Below, one piece after another: positions 35,726 through 46,459 of a stretch of DNA of 64,000 nucleotides (the stretch's first letter is position 1; every line of letters begins with the position of its first letter). The translations under genes and the position numbers were made by a program. The notes below the pieces were generated by a model, which did not search any database, had not been told where the DNA came from, and was given only the letters and a program-made list of their open reading frames with translations. Location of the stretch: contig CAVZSV010000004.1 of the NCBI GenBank assembly GCA_963778115.1, forward strand, positions 640,001 to 704,000, written 5' to 3'. The DNA is from an uncultured delta proteobacterium (GTDB lineage Bacteria > Bdellovibrionota > FAC87 > UBA2466).

Positions 35726-37632
35726 GACTGGGGAGGTCTCGCCCCTCCGCCTTTGCGAACTTTGCGAAAGGGAGGGCGAACTCTAGGCTTATCGTGAAAA
35801 GCCCCATGAGGTCTATCGCCTCTGGGCCGGTCGCTATCGAACCCTTCTCGAGCAGGACCGCTCCTAAAGCCTGTGAAACCGTCAGGCCGATCGGTTCTGC
35901 GATAATTCACCACGTCACCCGAAGGACGGGATCGAGGTCGATCCCCTTCAGGCCGCCTAAACGCTGGCCCCGATTTGCGATCGGAAAACGCAGGACGATC
36001 CCCTTCGGAACGGCGAAACGGGGGTCTGCGATCACCGAAGGAGGGACGATCCCCCTCGGGGCGACGAAAAGCAGGTTTGCGATCGCTAAAGGCGGGTCGA
36101 TCTCCCTCTGGCCGACGAAAACGGGGCTTGCGATCTCCAAAGTTCGCTCGTTCTGCTTCAGGGCGACGAAATGGAGCTTTACGATCACCAAACGCCGGTC
36201 GGTCCCCCTCAGGTCGCCGGAAGCGGGGTTTGAGATCATCAAAAAGGGGTCGATCGCCGCCAGGACGACGAAAACGCGGTTTACGATCGGAAAAATCAGC
36301 ACGGCCCTCCGCTTCGGGACGACGAAAGGAAGTCTTCCCCTCGAACCTGGGACGCTCCGTCCTTGGCCCTTTCGAGAAGGGGCGATCCCCTTGCGGTCTA
36401 GGTCTATTCTCAAAGGGTTTTGCTTTATCAGAAAATTTTCTGAATCCCTCTGCCGATTTTTTCTGAAAGGAAAATTTCTTACTTTCAGCTTTCGCTCCGG
36501 TGGGTTTCCCTAAGCGTGCCGCCACATAGGGTGGCAAAGGTTTTGTCTTTTTGGGCGGCGTTACAGTGATAATATTCTTACCGTCATTATCGTGGGGAGT
36601 GATGTAGTTCATCGCAATACCGGTCTTGCCATTTCGAGCGGTGCGGCCGATGCGATGGATATAATCTTCACGGCTGTCGGGAAGATCAAAATTGATCACA
36701 CACTCGATATCATCGACGTCGATTCCGCGACCCGCGATGTCGGTAGCCACCATGATCATTTGAGTTCCGGTTCGAAATCCAGAAAGCGCTTCTTTGCGCT
36801 GACCCTGCGTTCGTCCACCGTGAAGACTGACGACACTAAAACCATGCTTTTCTAGGAGCGCGAAAACTTTGTCGGTACGCCGTTTCGTCCGAGCGAAGAT
36901 AAGAACCCTTCCTTTAATCTCTTTCAGATGTTGAGTGAGCAGCTCGTTCTTCTTCGCATCGGTAACCGAATGGTTCTCCTGCCTCACTTTATCAATGGGC
37001 TGTGACGTTGCTCCGATGCTGACACGGACCGGGTTTTGTAAGTACTGCTCTGCCACCGCCAAAATTTCTTTGGGTAAGGTCGCTGAGAAAAATAAGGTCT
37101 GACGCTCTTTTGGAATATGCGGAACAATTTGAGCAAGCTGGGGAGCAAATCCCATATCAAGCATGCGATCGACCTCATCGAGGACCAGCACACTGACTTT
37201 GACGAGTTTAAGTCCGGCTTCCAAATGATCGATGAGACGGCCCGGGGTGCACACATAATAATCGGCTCCGGCTTTGATCTCCTGTTTTTGACGGTAAAAA
37301 GATTCTCCTCCGACAACCAACGCGCCTTTGAGCTTCATGCCGGCACTCATTTCTCGGAGCACCTTATGAATCTGAGCGGCCAATTCCCGGGTAGGGGCCA
37401 ATATCAAAGCTCGAGATCCGGGGCTAGGATAAAGCTTTGCCAGGAGCGGGATGCCGAACGCTCCCGTCTTACCCGTCCCAGTCTGTGCTGAGCCCAAAAT
37501 ATCTTTTCCTTCCAACGCCGGAGGAAGGCTTGCGGCCTGAACCGGTGTTGGGGTGATGAAGTTCATTTGCTCTAGAGCAGCATGTAAGGGGGCCGGTAAC
37601 TGTAGCTCTTTAAAGGTGGTAAACGTTTTCAA
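35722..37632 (-). CDS. DEAD-box RNA helicase with repetitive Arg-rich tail
   Basis: AQTGTGKT, PTRELA, DEVD, SAT, HRIGRTAR. Confidence 0.95.
   Translation of the reverse strand: MKTFTTFKELQLPAPLHAALEQMNFITPTPVQAASLPPALEGKDILGSAQTGTGKTGAFGIPLLAKLYPSPGSRALILAPTRELAAQIHKVLREMSAGMKLKGALVVGGESFYRQKQEIKAGADYYVCTPGRLIDHLEAGLKLVKVSVLVLDEVDRMLDMGFAPQLAQIVPHIPKERQTLFFSATLPKEILAVAEQYLQNPVRVSIGATSQPIDKVRQENHSVTDAKKNELLTQHLKEIKGRVLIFARTKRRTDKVFALLEKHGFSVVSLHGGRTQGQRKEALSGFRTGTQMIMVATDIAGRGIDVDDIECVINFDLPDSREDYIHRIGRTARNGKTGIAMNYITPHDNDGKNIITVTPPKKTKPLPPYVAARLGKPTGAKAESKKFSFQKKSAEGFRKFSDKAKPFENRPRPQGDRPFSKGPRTERPRFEGKTSFRRPEAEGRADFSDRKPRFRRPGGDRPLFDDLKPRFRRPEGDRPAFGDRKAPFRRPEAERANFGDRKPRFRRPEGDRPAFSDRKPAFRRPEGDRPSFGDRRPPFRRSEGDRPAFSDRKSGPAFRRPEGDRPRSRPSGDVVNYRRTDRPDGFTGFRSGPAREGFDSDRPRGDRPHGAFHDKPRVRPPFRKVRKGGGARPPQS
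35923..36327 (-). repeat. About 8 coding tandem repeats of about 51 bp (FRRPEGDRPxFxDRKPx)
   Basis: Visible in the helicase C-terminal translation. Confidence 0.85.
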
Positions 37633-37806
37633 AGGACCTTTCCGTCGACTTAACTACTTGATCTAAATTGGATTTGACGCCGTTGTGTTTTTTTCATTCT
37701 TTGACCACCCTGGCTACGGCCAGGCGGTCAAAGGTAAGGTGCCCCCTTTTACCATTTTTGGCCGGCAAAGCGATGATATTTTGGAAATTCCTCAGAACAC
37801 GTTAGT

Positions 37807-38022
37807 ATGACCGGCGTGAATCCCAATGCTTTACTTAAACTCATCGAAACCAAAATGCCTTTCGGCAAATATCTCGGAAGCTCCATCATAGATCTGCCCG
37901 AACCCTATCTGGTTTGGTTTGCCAAAAAAGGATTTCCCGAAGGAGAGTTGGGAGATCTATTGCGCGCGGCTTATGAAATAAAACTCAATGGGCTTGAGTA
38001 CCTACTTAAGCCGTTAAGATAG
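37807..38022 (+). CDS. DUF3820 family protein
   Basis: KMPFGKY..IDLPEPYLVWFAKKGFP.GELG..YEIKLNGL. Confidence 0.9.
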   Translation: MTGVNPNALLKLIETKMPFGKYLGSSIIDLPEPYLVWFAKKGFPEGELGDLLRAAYEIKLNGLEYLLKPLR

Positions 38023-38091
38023 TTCATCTCATCAATTGACACCATGCGGCATCATGGCGTAAGAATCGGAATATTCAGGGAGATCTCTCTA

Positions 38092-39663
38092 ATGAGTCGA
38101 ACTCGGAATTTCGTAAGCCTTTTGCTTTTAGCCTTTATCTTTAGCGCCTCCCATACGTTCGGCTACGTTTTGTTGTCTGAAACGTCCGGCACGAGATCGT
38201 TACTCTGGGAGGAAAATTCAAAAGTTAATTTTCAATCCTGTGGGACACTTGCTCTGACCATAAACGACCTAGAAAAAGTTCCACTGCCTCAGCTTTTGAG
38301 CGACTGCAAAAGAGTGTCGCAAAGACAAAGCTACTCCGTGCCCGAAGGGGAATATCGGCTTTCCGTCCAATCTCTCTTTGCCACGCCCCCGTCTTACCAA
38401 GGGGTCAACGCTCTAGCCGATCTAGCGATTCGTGTTGTCCAAGAGCAAAGAGATCATACGAATCAGCCCGAGTCGAATGAGCTTTTTGAAAAATTAAGAA
38501 ATATAGAAGAATGGATCTTTGAAAAATTTGGCCCATCCTCGCATCGAGTGATTACTAATGAAAACGAAAGAGCATTGCTTCTTCTGCTCTATGAAGCTTT
38601 TCTTCCGGTCGTTTACGACGGAAAGCAATTTTGGCTAATTTCAAACCCTATCCGCGATGCGACCCAAACGCTCGATAATAGTTGTCCCTCAGGATGGCAA
38701 CTGGCATCACTCGATATGATTTTGAATGCTTACTCCATCGAATTTTTAACACTTTGGTACACGAGTCGCCCTTCTGCATCGGGGAGCAATAATCCACTGA
38801 TTACCTGGTACCGATGGACGGAAACCATTAAAGAGCCCACCGCGGTTGGCTACGCCACCAAGGAAGAGGCTATGCTCTTGAAGTTAAGTCGCGAACGAGT
38901 GCTGGCCCAACTCAATGGCTCAATGGAGAGGAAAAAAATTCCTCGTTCCAATTCGATAGGATCTCTTAAAGACTTGGTTCCTGGCCTGAACTCTTTCGTT
39001 TTCGTGGATAGGTCGGCTCTTCGCCAATACCCATATCGCGGCTTATGCACACGAACTTACTTCCCCGCGCAATTAACCTTACCTCCGGCAATAACGGGAA
39101 AATCGCTGGAAGCATTTGCTGCCCAGTGGAAAATGAGTCCTGACACTCTTTTTCGCCGATTGGCCCCTTACTCCGAACTCCAACCGCAATTGGTAAATCA
39201 CCTTTATTGGAAAACTCCTATTTCACAGCAAGAAGAGAGTGAGCTCAGCGCAAAAATTAACGGCCTCTTGGGTTATGAATTAGCAACGATAGAGCAGGCG
39301 CGTGAAAACAGACGTATCATCGACGAAATGGTGGCAATGATAGCACGCAATGACCAAGAGCGTGTAGCCAGAGAGCAGAGGGAGGAGGCGGATAGGTTGG
39401 CCGAGGAAAAGGCGAAAGCAGAAGCGAATAGGCGGCAAGCGGCCCTAGAACGCCAACAGAAACTAGTCGCAGAAAAAGCGGCTAAAGCGAAAGAGGCCAG
39501 AGAAAAGATCGTGGAGCAAGCGCAGACAGCGCTTAATGAAAAAGCGGATGCACTTTATGAAGCGCTGAAATACGGCGCCACCCAGGAAAGAATCCGATTT
39601 CTTCTTTATCAAATGGATATGGCAAAGTTCCAACTTGAACAGGTCCGAGCGCAATACCAATAG
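38092..39663 (+). CDS. Hypothetical exported protein with C-terminal coiled coil
   Basis: Signal peptide; E/K/A/R-rich tail. Confidence 0.7.
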   Translation: MSRTRNFVSLLLLAFIFSASHTFGYVLLSETSGTRSLLWEENSKVNFQSCGTLALTINDLEKVPLPQLLSDCKRVSQRQSYSVPEGEYRLSVQSLFATPPSYQGVNALADLAIRVVQEQRDHTNQPESNELFEKLRNIEEWIFEKFGPSSHRVITNENERALLLLLYEAFLPVVYDGKQFWLISNPIRDATQTLDNSCPSGWQLASLDMILNAYSIEFLTLWYTSRPSASGSNNPLITWYRWTETIKEPTAVGYATKEEAMLLKLSRERVLAQLNGSMERKKIPRSNSIGSLKDLVPGLNSFVFVDRSALRQYPYRGLCTRTYFPAQLTLPPAITGKSLEAFAAQWKMSPDTLFRRLAPYSELQPQLVNHLYWKTPISQQEESELSAKINGLLGYELATIEQARENRRIIDEMVAMIARNDQERVAREQREEADRLAEEKAKAEANRRQAALERQQKLVAEKAAKAKEAREKIVEQAQTALNEKADALYEALKYGATQERIRFLLYQMDMAKFQLEQVRAQYQ

Positions 39664-39694
39664 TCTTTCCCAGGTGGCGATAAAGAGAATCAGA

Positions 39695-39898
39695 TCAGGA
39701 CTTCGTGCAACACTTGCACTTGCCGGCGGCAAGTTTTTTCAATCCGGCTAAGATCACAAAACAGGGCCAGATGATACTTACCAAATGATCGCTAATCACA
39801 CCCAGAGCGCCTAAGAGAAACGTCAGACCAAACAAAATAACAAAAATTCCCATCATCATATGACAGGGACACCCGCACTTGTGCTGTTCATCGGCCAT
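39695..39898 (-). CDS. Small two-TM protein with Cys-rich termini
   Basis: CGCPCH...IIWP...CKCC; AAGGAG RBS. Confidence 0.7.
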   Translation of the reverse strand: MADEQHKCGCPCHMMMGIFVILFGLTFLLGALGVISDHLVSIIWPCFVILAGLKKLAAGKCKCCTKS

Positions 39899-39974
39899 GA
39901 CTGGCTCCTTGGTTAGGGTTTGGAGTCGTTATCGTCTATTATGACACAAATACGGGGATAAAGTTATTCCAAGA

Positions 39975-41771
39975 CTACTTCACGGTGACAAGCCTTCCTA
40001 CGGAAGGAGCTCCCCCGTCGCCTATGAGATACAAGAAGTAGTTTCCCTCAGGAGCACGGCTAGAGTTCGCCGGAGCCTTCACTTTCAATATTCCTTGCGA
40101 GTCGCTAACGACCTCAAGAGGAACGTAACGTTGGTTTTGATCAAAAGAATGAGTTTCTGAGCCCAGTGCCATCAAAGCGATAGGACGCCCTTGGCGAAGT
40201 GCCGATCCTTGATACCGCACCTCGAAAGTTCCGCCGTACTCTACGCTCTCCGGCACACTTTGAACGTGAGGGCGTGCCCCCTGAAAGAGGTAGGGAGGAT
40301 TAAAGATACGCACGTCGGGACGTTCGCAGCCAACCTGCCCCAAGCCCACCATTCCTCCGCCCAGCATGATTCGTCCATCAGCAAGTAACAGCGAGAAGCT
40401 GTGATAACCGCGCTCCTGCGGATTGGCATCGGGCCAAGCCGCCAGCGTCGTCAGAGTGTCAGAATAGGGATCGTAAATCTGCGGCTGTCTGCGATCTCCT
40501 AAGACATTGGGATCTTCTTTAGGCTGTTTGTCATTACCAGGCTCTCCGTTAATGATCAAAACGGTGCCGTCAGGAAGCAAAGTCGTTGCCGGATTGTGAC
40601 GGGTGATTCCTGTGTCTTTAGATCTCCACTGATGGGTGTAGGGATTATAGAGATCGATCCTTTGCGCTTCCGCTTTCGGGTTACCCCCTCCCCCCATGAC
40701 TAAGATCTCCCCAGTTCCTACCAATGCCGAACTAGAGTCCCAAGCCATCCCGTCGCCCGGACGGCCTGTGTTTGTCGTCGGGATAAAAAGACGATCTTTA
40801 TCTGAAGCTTTGGGATCGAGAGTTAACAAAGCTACTTTCCCTGGATATCCCATGAGTAAGATCTCTCGAGCGATTCCGTTTCCCCCTTGCGCCGGTACGG
40901 GAGACGGCAAGACAAACGAATGCGTATAGTCTTTGATCCCAGGATCGTAAACGTTGGGCGCATTTTCGTGACGTAACAGAGTCTTCCAAGGGTTTTGGTT
41001 TGTCACCATGAGTTCGGGATCAAAAATTTCCAGATCGCGATTAAAACAAGAACCATCCGCGCAGTTTCTATCAAAGCCCGCGGCAACTAGAATCTTTCCT
41101 CCAGGAAGCCTTGTTTGCGTCGGATACCACATCATCCCGTCTTCATACCACTCCATTTCGACCTTCTTTTTCGGCCCTCCTTGGGGAGCAAATTCATATC
41201 GAGAAAAACTTTGCGTCTTAGGATCGAAGACGCGAAAATAATTCAATCCGTATTCCTGTTCGTCGTTTGCATCCCCCAGTTTCTTTTTATCACCCAAATA
41301 ATCGTAGCGGGCCCCCCCGGTAAATAGGACTCGACCGTCTTTCAAGGGAGTATGGCCGGAGCAGTAAAGGACGTCTTCGGTGCCGGGACGAAATGCTTCG
41401 GGAATGGGTTGAATTTGATAAGTGGTTCGAACGTTACCAGTGAAATCCTTGGGATCTAAAATATAACTCTCGCCGTTTTGGCGCGTACGATGAAGCCGAC
41501 AATTACCGCGATCGTAGCGGCCCCATCCATTAATAAGTACTTTGCCCGAAGTAAGAAGGTTTGCGTGAATGGCGGTGACCCACCAGCCGTCTTGAGGTTT
41601 CGGGCGATTTGGTTTTCCGGAAAAGTGATTACTGGAATCTTTCAGCAACACCACAGGTTCCCAACTTCCTTCGACCTCCTGAATATTTGGGGGGTGGGTA
41701 TCGGCACTGCACTGAACGATCGTAACGAGGAAAATGAGCGAACGAAGTGGTACTGGTACTAGTCGTTTCAA
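39975..41771 (-). CDS. Galactose/glyoxal oxidase-like copper radical oxidase
   Basis: YCSGH, WYPT, RGYHS and THSFD ligand motifs; kelch-like repeats. Confidence 0.85.
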   Translation of the reverse strand: MKRLVPVPLRSLIFLVTIVQCSADTHPPNIQEVEGSWEPVVLLKDSSNHFSGKPNRPKPQDGWWVTAIHANLLTSGKVLINGWGRYDRGNCRLHRTRQNGESYILDPKDFTGNVRTTYQIQPIPEAFRPGTEDVLYCSGHTPLKDGRVLFTGGARYDYLGDKKKLGDANDEQEYGLNYFRVFDPKTQSFSRYEFAPQGGPKKKVEMEWYEDGMMWYPTQTRLPGGKILVAAGFDRNCADGSCFNRDLEIFDPELMVTNQNPWKTLLRHENAPNVYDPGIKDYTHSFVLPSPVPAQGGNGIAREILLMGYPGKVALLTLDPKASDKDRLFIPTTNTGRPGDGMAWDSSSALVGTGEILVMGGGGNPKAEAQRIDLYNPYTHQWRSKDTGITRHNPATTLLPDGTVLIINGEPGNDKQPKEDPNVLGDRRQPQIYDPYSDTLTTLAAWPDANPQERGYHSFSLLLADGRIMLGGGMVGLGQVGCERPDVRIFNPPYLFQGARPHVQSVPESVEYGGTFEVRYQGSALRQGRPIALMALGSETHSFDQNQRYVPLEVVSDSQGILKVKAPANSSRAPEGNYFLYLIGDGGAPSVGRLVTVK

Positions 41772-41957
41772 GCTGCCCTCCTGAAATCTCTTTACGCGGA
41801 ACCTAAATTAACATGTCGCGTAATTCAAGGACCCTTTCCGTCAAGGCATGGCCTTAAACAAAGCTATGAATTTAGTCGATAACTAAGGAACAAAGCTTTT
41901 GCTTTGAAACTTGGACGAACCGAAACCTATCTCCCAGAAAATTAAAGAGGAAACGTC

Positions 41958-44687
41958 ATGAGGTGCTTATCCCATTCGCTTAGGTTAATCGCCTCTATTT
42001 TGCTGCTTTGGTCGGTATCCTCCCATGCGGAGAGCCAAACGGCACCGACGTGGACGACGACGACCTTCACTTTCGCCGCCACCGAAGATGAGCCTTTTTC
42101 CACTAGCATTGCTTCCGATGTGATCTCCCCCAACGCCAATGACGACGTGGAATTTAGCCTAATCAGCGGTCCAGCCTGGCTAACCGTAACACCCGATGGC
42201 ACTTTAAGCGGATCCCCCCAAGACTCTGATGAGGGAATGGAAACGTTCATTGTCCGCGCTACTGATATTACGACGTCAACGGCAGCCACCCCCGACGCTA
42301 CGGTTACTATAAACGTGACTCATATAGGCCCGGTTTGGACAAAAAACCCAATCGTTCTTCCCAACGCCACGGATGCTTCTCCTTATAGTGCAAGTATTGA
42401 AAGCTACGCCCAGCCCGGAGATCCGAGCGATCAACTTACTTTTTCCTTGGGGCCAGACGCCCCCTCCTGGTTAACCATCGATTCCATGGGCGAGTTGAGC
42501 GGCTCCCCAGCTACCAATGATGTCGGTAGTTATAATTTCTCGGTCACCGTGACCGACGAGACCGGCGCCTCGGCGATCGCTTCGCTACAGGTAAAAGTCA
42601 CCAATGTGGGGCCTCAGTGGACGCAAAATACTATCGTGCTTCCCACCGGATCTACCGGTTTTTCTTACTCGCAAGGAGTTCTCTCTTATGTAAGCAATCC
42701 GGCGAACGGAACTCTAAATTTTTCTTTGACGGGGCCGAGTTGGGCTTCAATCGATCCCAATGCGGGAGTCATCAGTGGAACTCCTGCAGATTCCGATTTC
42801 GGAACCAATTCGTTTCAAGTGGCCGTTTTCGACGAGACCGGGGCCGAAGCATCGGCCACGGTTCAAATCAACGTTACCCATCTCCCTCCCTCTTGGACGC
42901 AAAATCCGATAGTGCTCCCCAATGCCAACGATTCCACTGCTTATACGGCGTCGATAGGATCTTACGCGCTAGCCTCCGATCCTGGCGATACTCTAACGAT
43001 TACCGGGGGTGCCGATCTTCCCTTTTGGATTACCCTCTCTTCTTCAGGGGTGATCACGGCAAGTCCCACAAGCGCCCAAGTAGGCCCCGTTAGCTTTTCC
43101 GCCATTGTCACCGATCAGGCCGGCATGACGGCAAGCACGATCGTACAGCTTACCGTAGTTCAGGTTAGCCAACCCCCTGTTTGGACGGCCAACCAAATGC
43201 CTTTCTCAACCGAGGAAGACGAGCTTTTCTCGGCGAATATCGCTTCCAATGCCATTTCCCCCAACTCGGGCGCTACCCTTACCTTTAGCATGGTGAGTGG
43301 TCCCTCTTGGCTTTCCGTCTCGCCCAATGGAGTGCTAAGCGGAACTCCGTTATTGGCCAACGACGGGCCCAATGTTTTCGTCGTTCGAGTGACCGATAAC
43401 CTGGGAGAGGTAGCAACGCCCGATGCCGAAGTCATCATCAGCGTTTCTCATCTCGCCCCCCAATGGACCGAAAATCCGGTAGTGCTTCCCTCAGCGACCG
43501 ATAATACCCCTTATTCGACGAACATCGCAGCAGAGGTGACTACCGGAGATCCGAGTGACTCACTTACTTTTAGACTGAGCAGTAACGCCCCCTCCTGGAT
43601 TTCAATAACCCCCTCCGGATCGATTCAAGCCACACCCACACAACAACAGATAGGAAATTACACGTTTTCAGCCATCGCGACCGATCAGACGGGAAGTAGC
43701 TCCACGGGAACGTTGCAACTCGCTGTCATTGCTCCTGCGACAGTACCGGTGAGTGACGTGGTTAAGCTTGAAGCTTCAGTAGCCGGAGCTGCTTCCGAAA
43801 ACCTTTGGGTGGTGGACAACCACAGTATTTGGGACCCGACCATTCGAGGGTTAAAGGGATCCATTCAAACTTTCTATAACGCTCTATATGCGGCTCAGGG
43901 GCAATTCTCGAGTGTTTACTTATCTTCCAACGCCGCCGATTTCGATGGCTATCCAATCTACGATGATAGGGTTTCACCGCTAATGTCGGAAAATGAAAAT
44001 GACATCGTCGGAGATTTTCTATATCGAGTGCGCTTAAGCTATAGCCCCGGATTTTGTTCCAATTGTAATAACTCTCCCCTGTGGTCCCTCTACCGCTTTT
44101 ATCAACAAGCCCCTACGATCTCTAGCCTTTGGCATAACGGCTATTTCGTTTCGGGAACGCCGATGGATGTGATGATCGTATCTAGCGAAGCGGACAATTT
44201 TTTGGGATATAGCGAAAATGTTGCCACGGTGAACAAATGGAGTGTCTCCGATTTTGCCTCGAATTTTAGTCTGTTCCACCAAAAGACGGGACAACCTTAC
44301 CGCATCAGTGTGATCACCTCCGACTGTTCGCCTCCCGACGGAGACACCTATCAACAGATCACCAAAGCTACCCATGGTGTTTACTATGGAGTGGGATGTA
44401 ACTCGGATATCACCACAGCGCTCAGTGATTACGCCTCTAAAGTAAACTTCCGAGCAGCCATTACGACTCACGCCCAAATAGTACTTTCACAGCCGGCTTA
44501 TAACTCACCGCAAATCACAGTGGCTCTAGCCGGAGTCTCTCTGCCTGGTAACACGGGAGCCAGTTCCGACCTGTGGACCTACAACGCCAACAAAAATGCC
44601 GTCATCCTTAATTGGAGCCTCATCGACATCTCGGTACTAAAGGCGGGAGACCAAATTCAGATCCAATATGAAACAGACAACCAATAA
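41958..44687 (+). CDS. Exported protein with about six Ig/cadherin-like repeats and a C-terminal vWA-like domain
   Basis: Repeated P.W...GP.WL.....G.LSG.P...F.V...D units; LWVVDN after the repeats. Confidence 0.8.
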   Translation: MRCLSHSLRLIASILLLWSVSSHAESQTAPTWTTTTFTFAATEDEPFSTSIASDVISPNANDDVEFSLISGPAWLTVTPDGTLSGSPQDSDEGMETFIVRATDITTSTAATPDATVTINVTHIGPVWTKNPIVLPNATDASPYSASIESYAQPGDPSDQLTFSLGPDAPSWLTIDSMGELSGSPATNDVGSYNFSVTVTDETGASAIASLQVKVTNVGPQWTQNTIVLPTGSTGFSYSQGVLSYVSNPANGTLNFSLTGPSWASIDPNAGVISGTPADSDFGTNSFQVAVFDETGAEASATVQINVTHLPPSWTQNPIVLPNANDSTAYTASIGSYALASDPGDTLTITGGADLPFWITLSSSGVITASPTSAQVGPVSFSAIVTDQAGMTASTIVQLTVVQVSQPPVWTANQMPFSTEEDELFSANIASNAISPNSGATLTFSMVSGPSWLSVSPNGVLSGTPLLANDGPNVFVVRVTDNLGEVATPDAEVIISVSHLAPQWTENPVVLPSATDNTPYSTNIAAEVTTGDPSDSLTFRLSSNAPSWISITPSGSIQATPTQQQIGNYTFSAIATDQTGSSSTGTLQLAVIAPATVPVSDVVKLEASVAGAASENLWVVDNHSIWDPTIRGLKGSIQTFYNALYAAQGQFSSVYLSSNAADFDGYPIYDDRVSPLMSENENDIVGDFLYRVRLSYSPGFCSNCNNSPLWSLYRFYQQAPTISSLWHNGYFVSGTPMDVMIVSSEADNFLGYSENVATVNKWSVSDFASNFSLFHQKTGQPYRISVITSDCSPPDGDTYQQITKATHGVYYGVGCNSDITTALSDYASKVNFRAAITTHAQIVLSQPAYNSPQITVALAGVSLPGNTGASSDLWTYNANKNAVILNWSLIDISVLKAGDQIQIQYETDNQ

Positions 44688-44758
44688 CGCACAGTCCTAG
44701 CGTTCAGGTTTTCTAGAGCCAAATCCGATAAGTTAACCAGTTTAGGAGACAGAACAGC

Positions 44759-46075
44759 ATGTGGCTTCCCAAAAGGCCTCAATCGATTGAAGAGGCTAAA
44801 CTTAGCGCGCATTATGTCGAAGACTGTATTTTAAGAATCCTAGCCACTCAAGGTCCGACTCGAGGCTCTCGCTTCGCTGACACTTTAAAGCTCCCCTATT
44901 CGCTAGTAGAACCCATCATCCGAGAGATGCGCGATAAGGACCTTATCGGCGCCCAGGGCGGATCGGGAATCGGAGGTAACGGCGGCCTCGATTTCGGATT
45001 AACCCCAAAGGGGATGGATGCGGCGGCCACCGCGCGAAGTCGATCGACCTATTTCGGTCCCATGCCGGTCGATCTTCAAGACTATATGACTTCCGTCCAC
45101 TCTCAGAAGTTTCAATTTAATCTCGTTAGAAAACAACATCTCGACGCCGCCTTTTCAGACATCTTGATAAGCCAGGAGTATCTTAACCAATTAGGACCCG
45201 CGATCAATTCCGGTGGCCCCATCTTTCTCTATGGAAAGCCCGGCAACGGAAAGACTACGATGTCGGAAAGAATCGCTCGACTTTTTCGCCAGGGAATTTT
45301 CGTCCCTCATACCATCCAGATGGATAGTGAAATCATCCAGGTATTTGATGAAAAAATCCATCGTCCGATCCCTTTGGAAGTGTTGCCCGACGATCATCCT
45401 CTAAAAGTAGACCCCTCGGCAGCCGATCCCCGCTGGGTTTATGTCGTCCGCCCCTTCATAGTGGTGGGCGGTGAATTAACCCTACAGATGCTGGACCTCA
45501 CATTTCGAAGCGGCCAACGTAGCTATGAGGCTCCCTTTCAGCTCAAAGCCAATGGCGGGGTCCTTTTGGTTGATGATTTCGGCAGACAGAAGGTTAAGCC
45601 CACTGAGTTTCTAAATCGCTGGATCTACCCCTTGGAGAAAGGGATGGACTTTCTGACTCTCTCCAGCGGAAAGAAGATCGAAGTCCCTTTCGAACAGCTC
45701 ATTATCTTGTCGACCAACCTTGACCCCAGGGATCTGGGAGACGAAGCTTTCTGGCGACGAATACGATACATGATAGAAACTCCTAGCCCCACCGACGTCG
45801 AATTCAAGAAAATATTCCAAACGATTTGCGCCAAGAAGAAGATTCTTTTCGATGAAGATGCTTACGCATATCTCATCGAACGGTTTTACACCCAAGCTAA
45901 TCGCGAATTTCGAAGCGTTCATCCTCGAGATATCTTAAACCGCGTATCCGATCATATCTCTTACTACACTCTCCCCTCTAAACTCACCCGCCAGTTAATC
46001 GATCACGCTTGCCGTGCTCTTTTCGGCGGCCTCGCGGCTGTTCAAGACGAACCGAGTATTCGAAAAGCAGGATAA
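44759..46075 (+). CDS. AAA+ ATPase with N-terminal winged-helix-like region
   Basis: GKPGNGKT, LLVDDFGRQ, STNL, FWRRI. Confidence 0.85.
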   Translation: MWLPKRPQSIEEAKLSAHYVEDCILRILATQGPTRGSRFADTLKLPYSLVEPIIREMRDKDLIGAQGGSGIGGNGGLDFGLTPKGMDAAATARSRSTYFGPMPVDLQDYMTSVHSQKFQFNLVRKQHLDAAFSDILISQEYLNQLGPAINSGGPIFLYGKPGNGKTTMSERIARLFRQGIFVPHTIQMDSEIIQVFDEKIHRPIPLEVLPDDHPLKVDPSAADPRWVYVVRPFIVVGGELTLQMLDLTFRSGQRSYEAPFQLKANGGVLLVDDFGRQKVKPTEFLNRWIYPLEKGMDFLTLSSGKKIEVPFEQLIILSTNLDPRDLGDEAFWRRIRYMIETPSPTDVEFKKIFQTICAKKKILFDEDAYAYLIERFYTQANREFRSVHPRDILNRVSDHISYYTLPSKLTRQLIDHACRALFGGLAAVQDEPSIRKAG

Positions 46076-46126
46076 AAAACCAAAAAAAAGAAAAACCCCT
46101 ATCCATCGCGCGACGGCTAAATCGCG

Positions 46127-46161
46127 ATCCGAAATCCGAGATCCGAGATCCGAGATCCGAA
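46127..46161. repeat. Heptamer tandem repeat (ATCCGAR)x5
   Basis: ATCCGAA ATCCGAG ATCCGAG ATCCGAG ATCCGAA. Confidence 0.85.
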
Positions 46162-46459
46162 AAAATAAAATAAAAAATCCAAAACCGTCAGCGATGGAAC
46201 AGACTAGTCACCTCTTTTCGAGGCTCTCCAACTAGTAGACCGTCTTAAGATCTACGAAGACCATGGCCTCACGCCTAGCAACTTAACCATGCTTTGTGCC
46301 TTCCATCATCGAAGGCTTCACAGAAAACTGCCCCTTCCTTGGTGATATGTTGCGACGCTCATTACCTACCGAACATTCCTTAAACGTATTCTTGAAGACC
46401 ACAGTGCGGAGGAAGGCGGCACCGAATGTGCATTTTCCTAGCAGTCCGGGGGGAGAAGC

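Noticed and set aside
35794..36513. Long overlapping ORFs over the helicase tail
   Set aside because: Produced by the GC-rich coding repeats; no independent signals.
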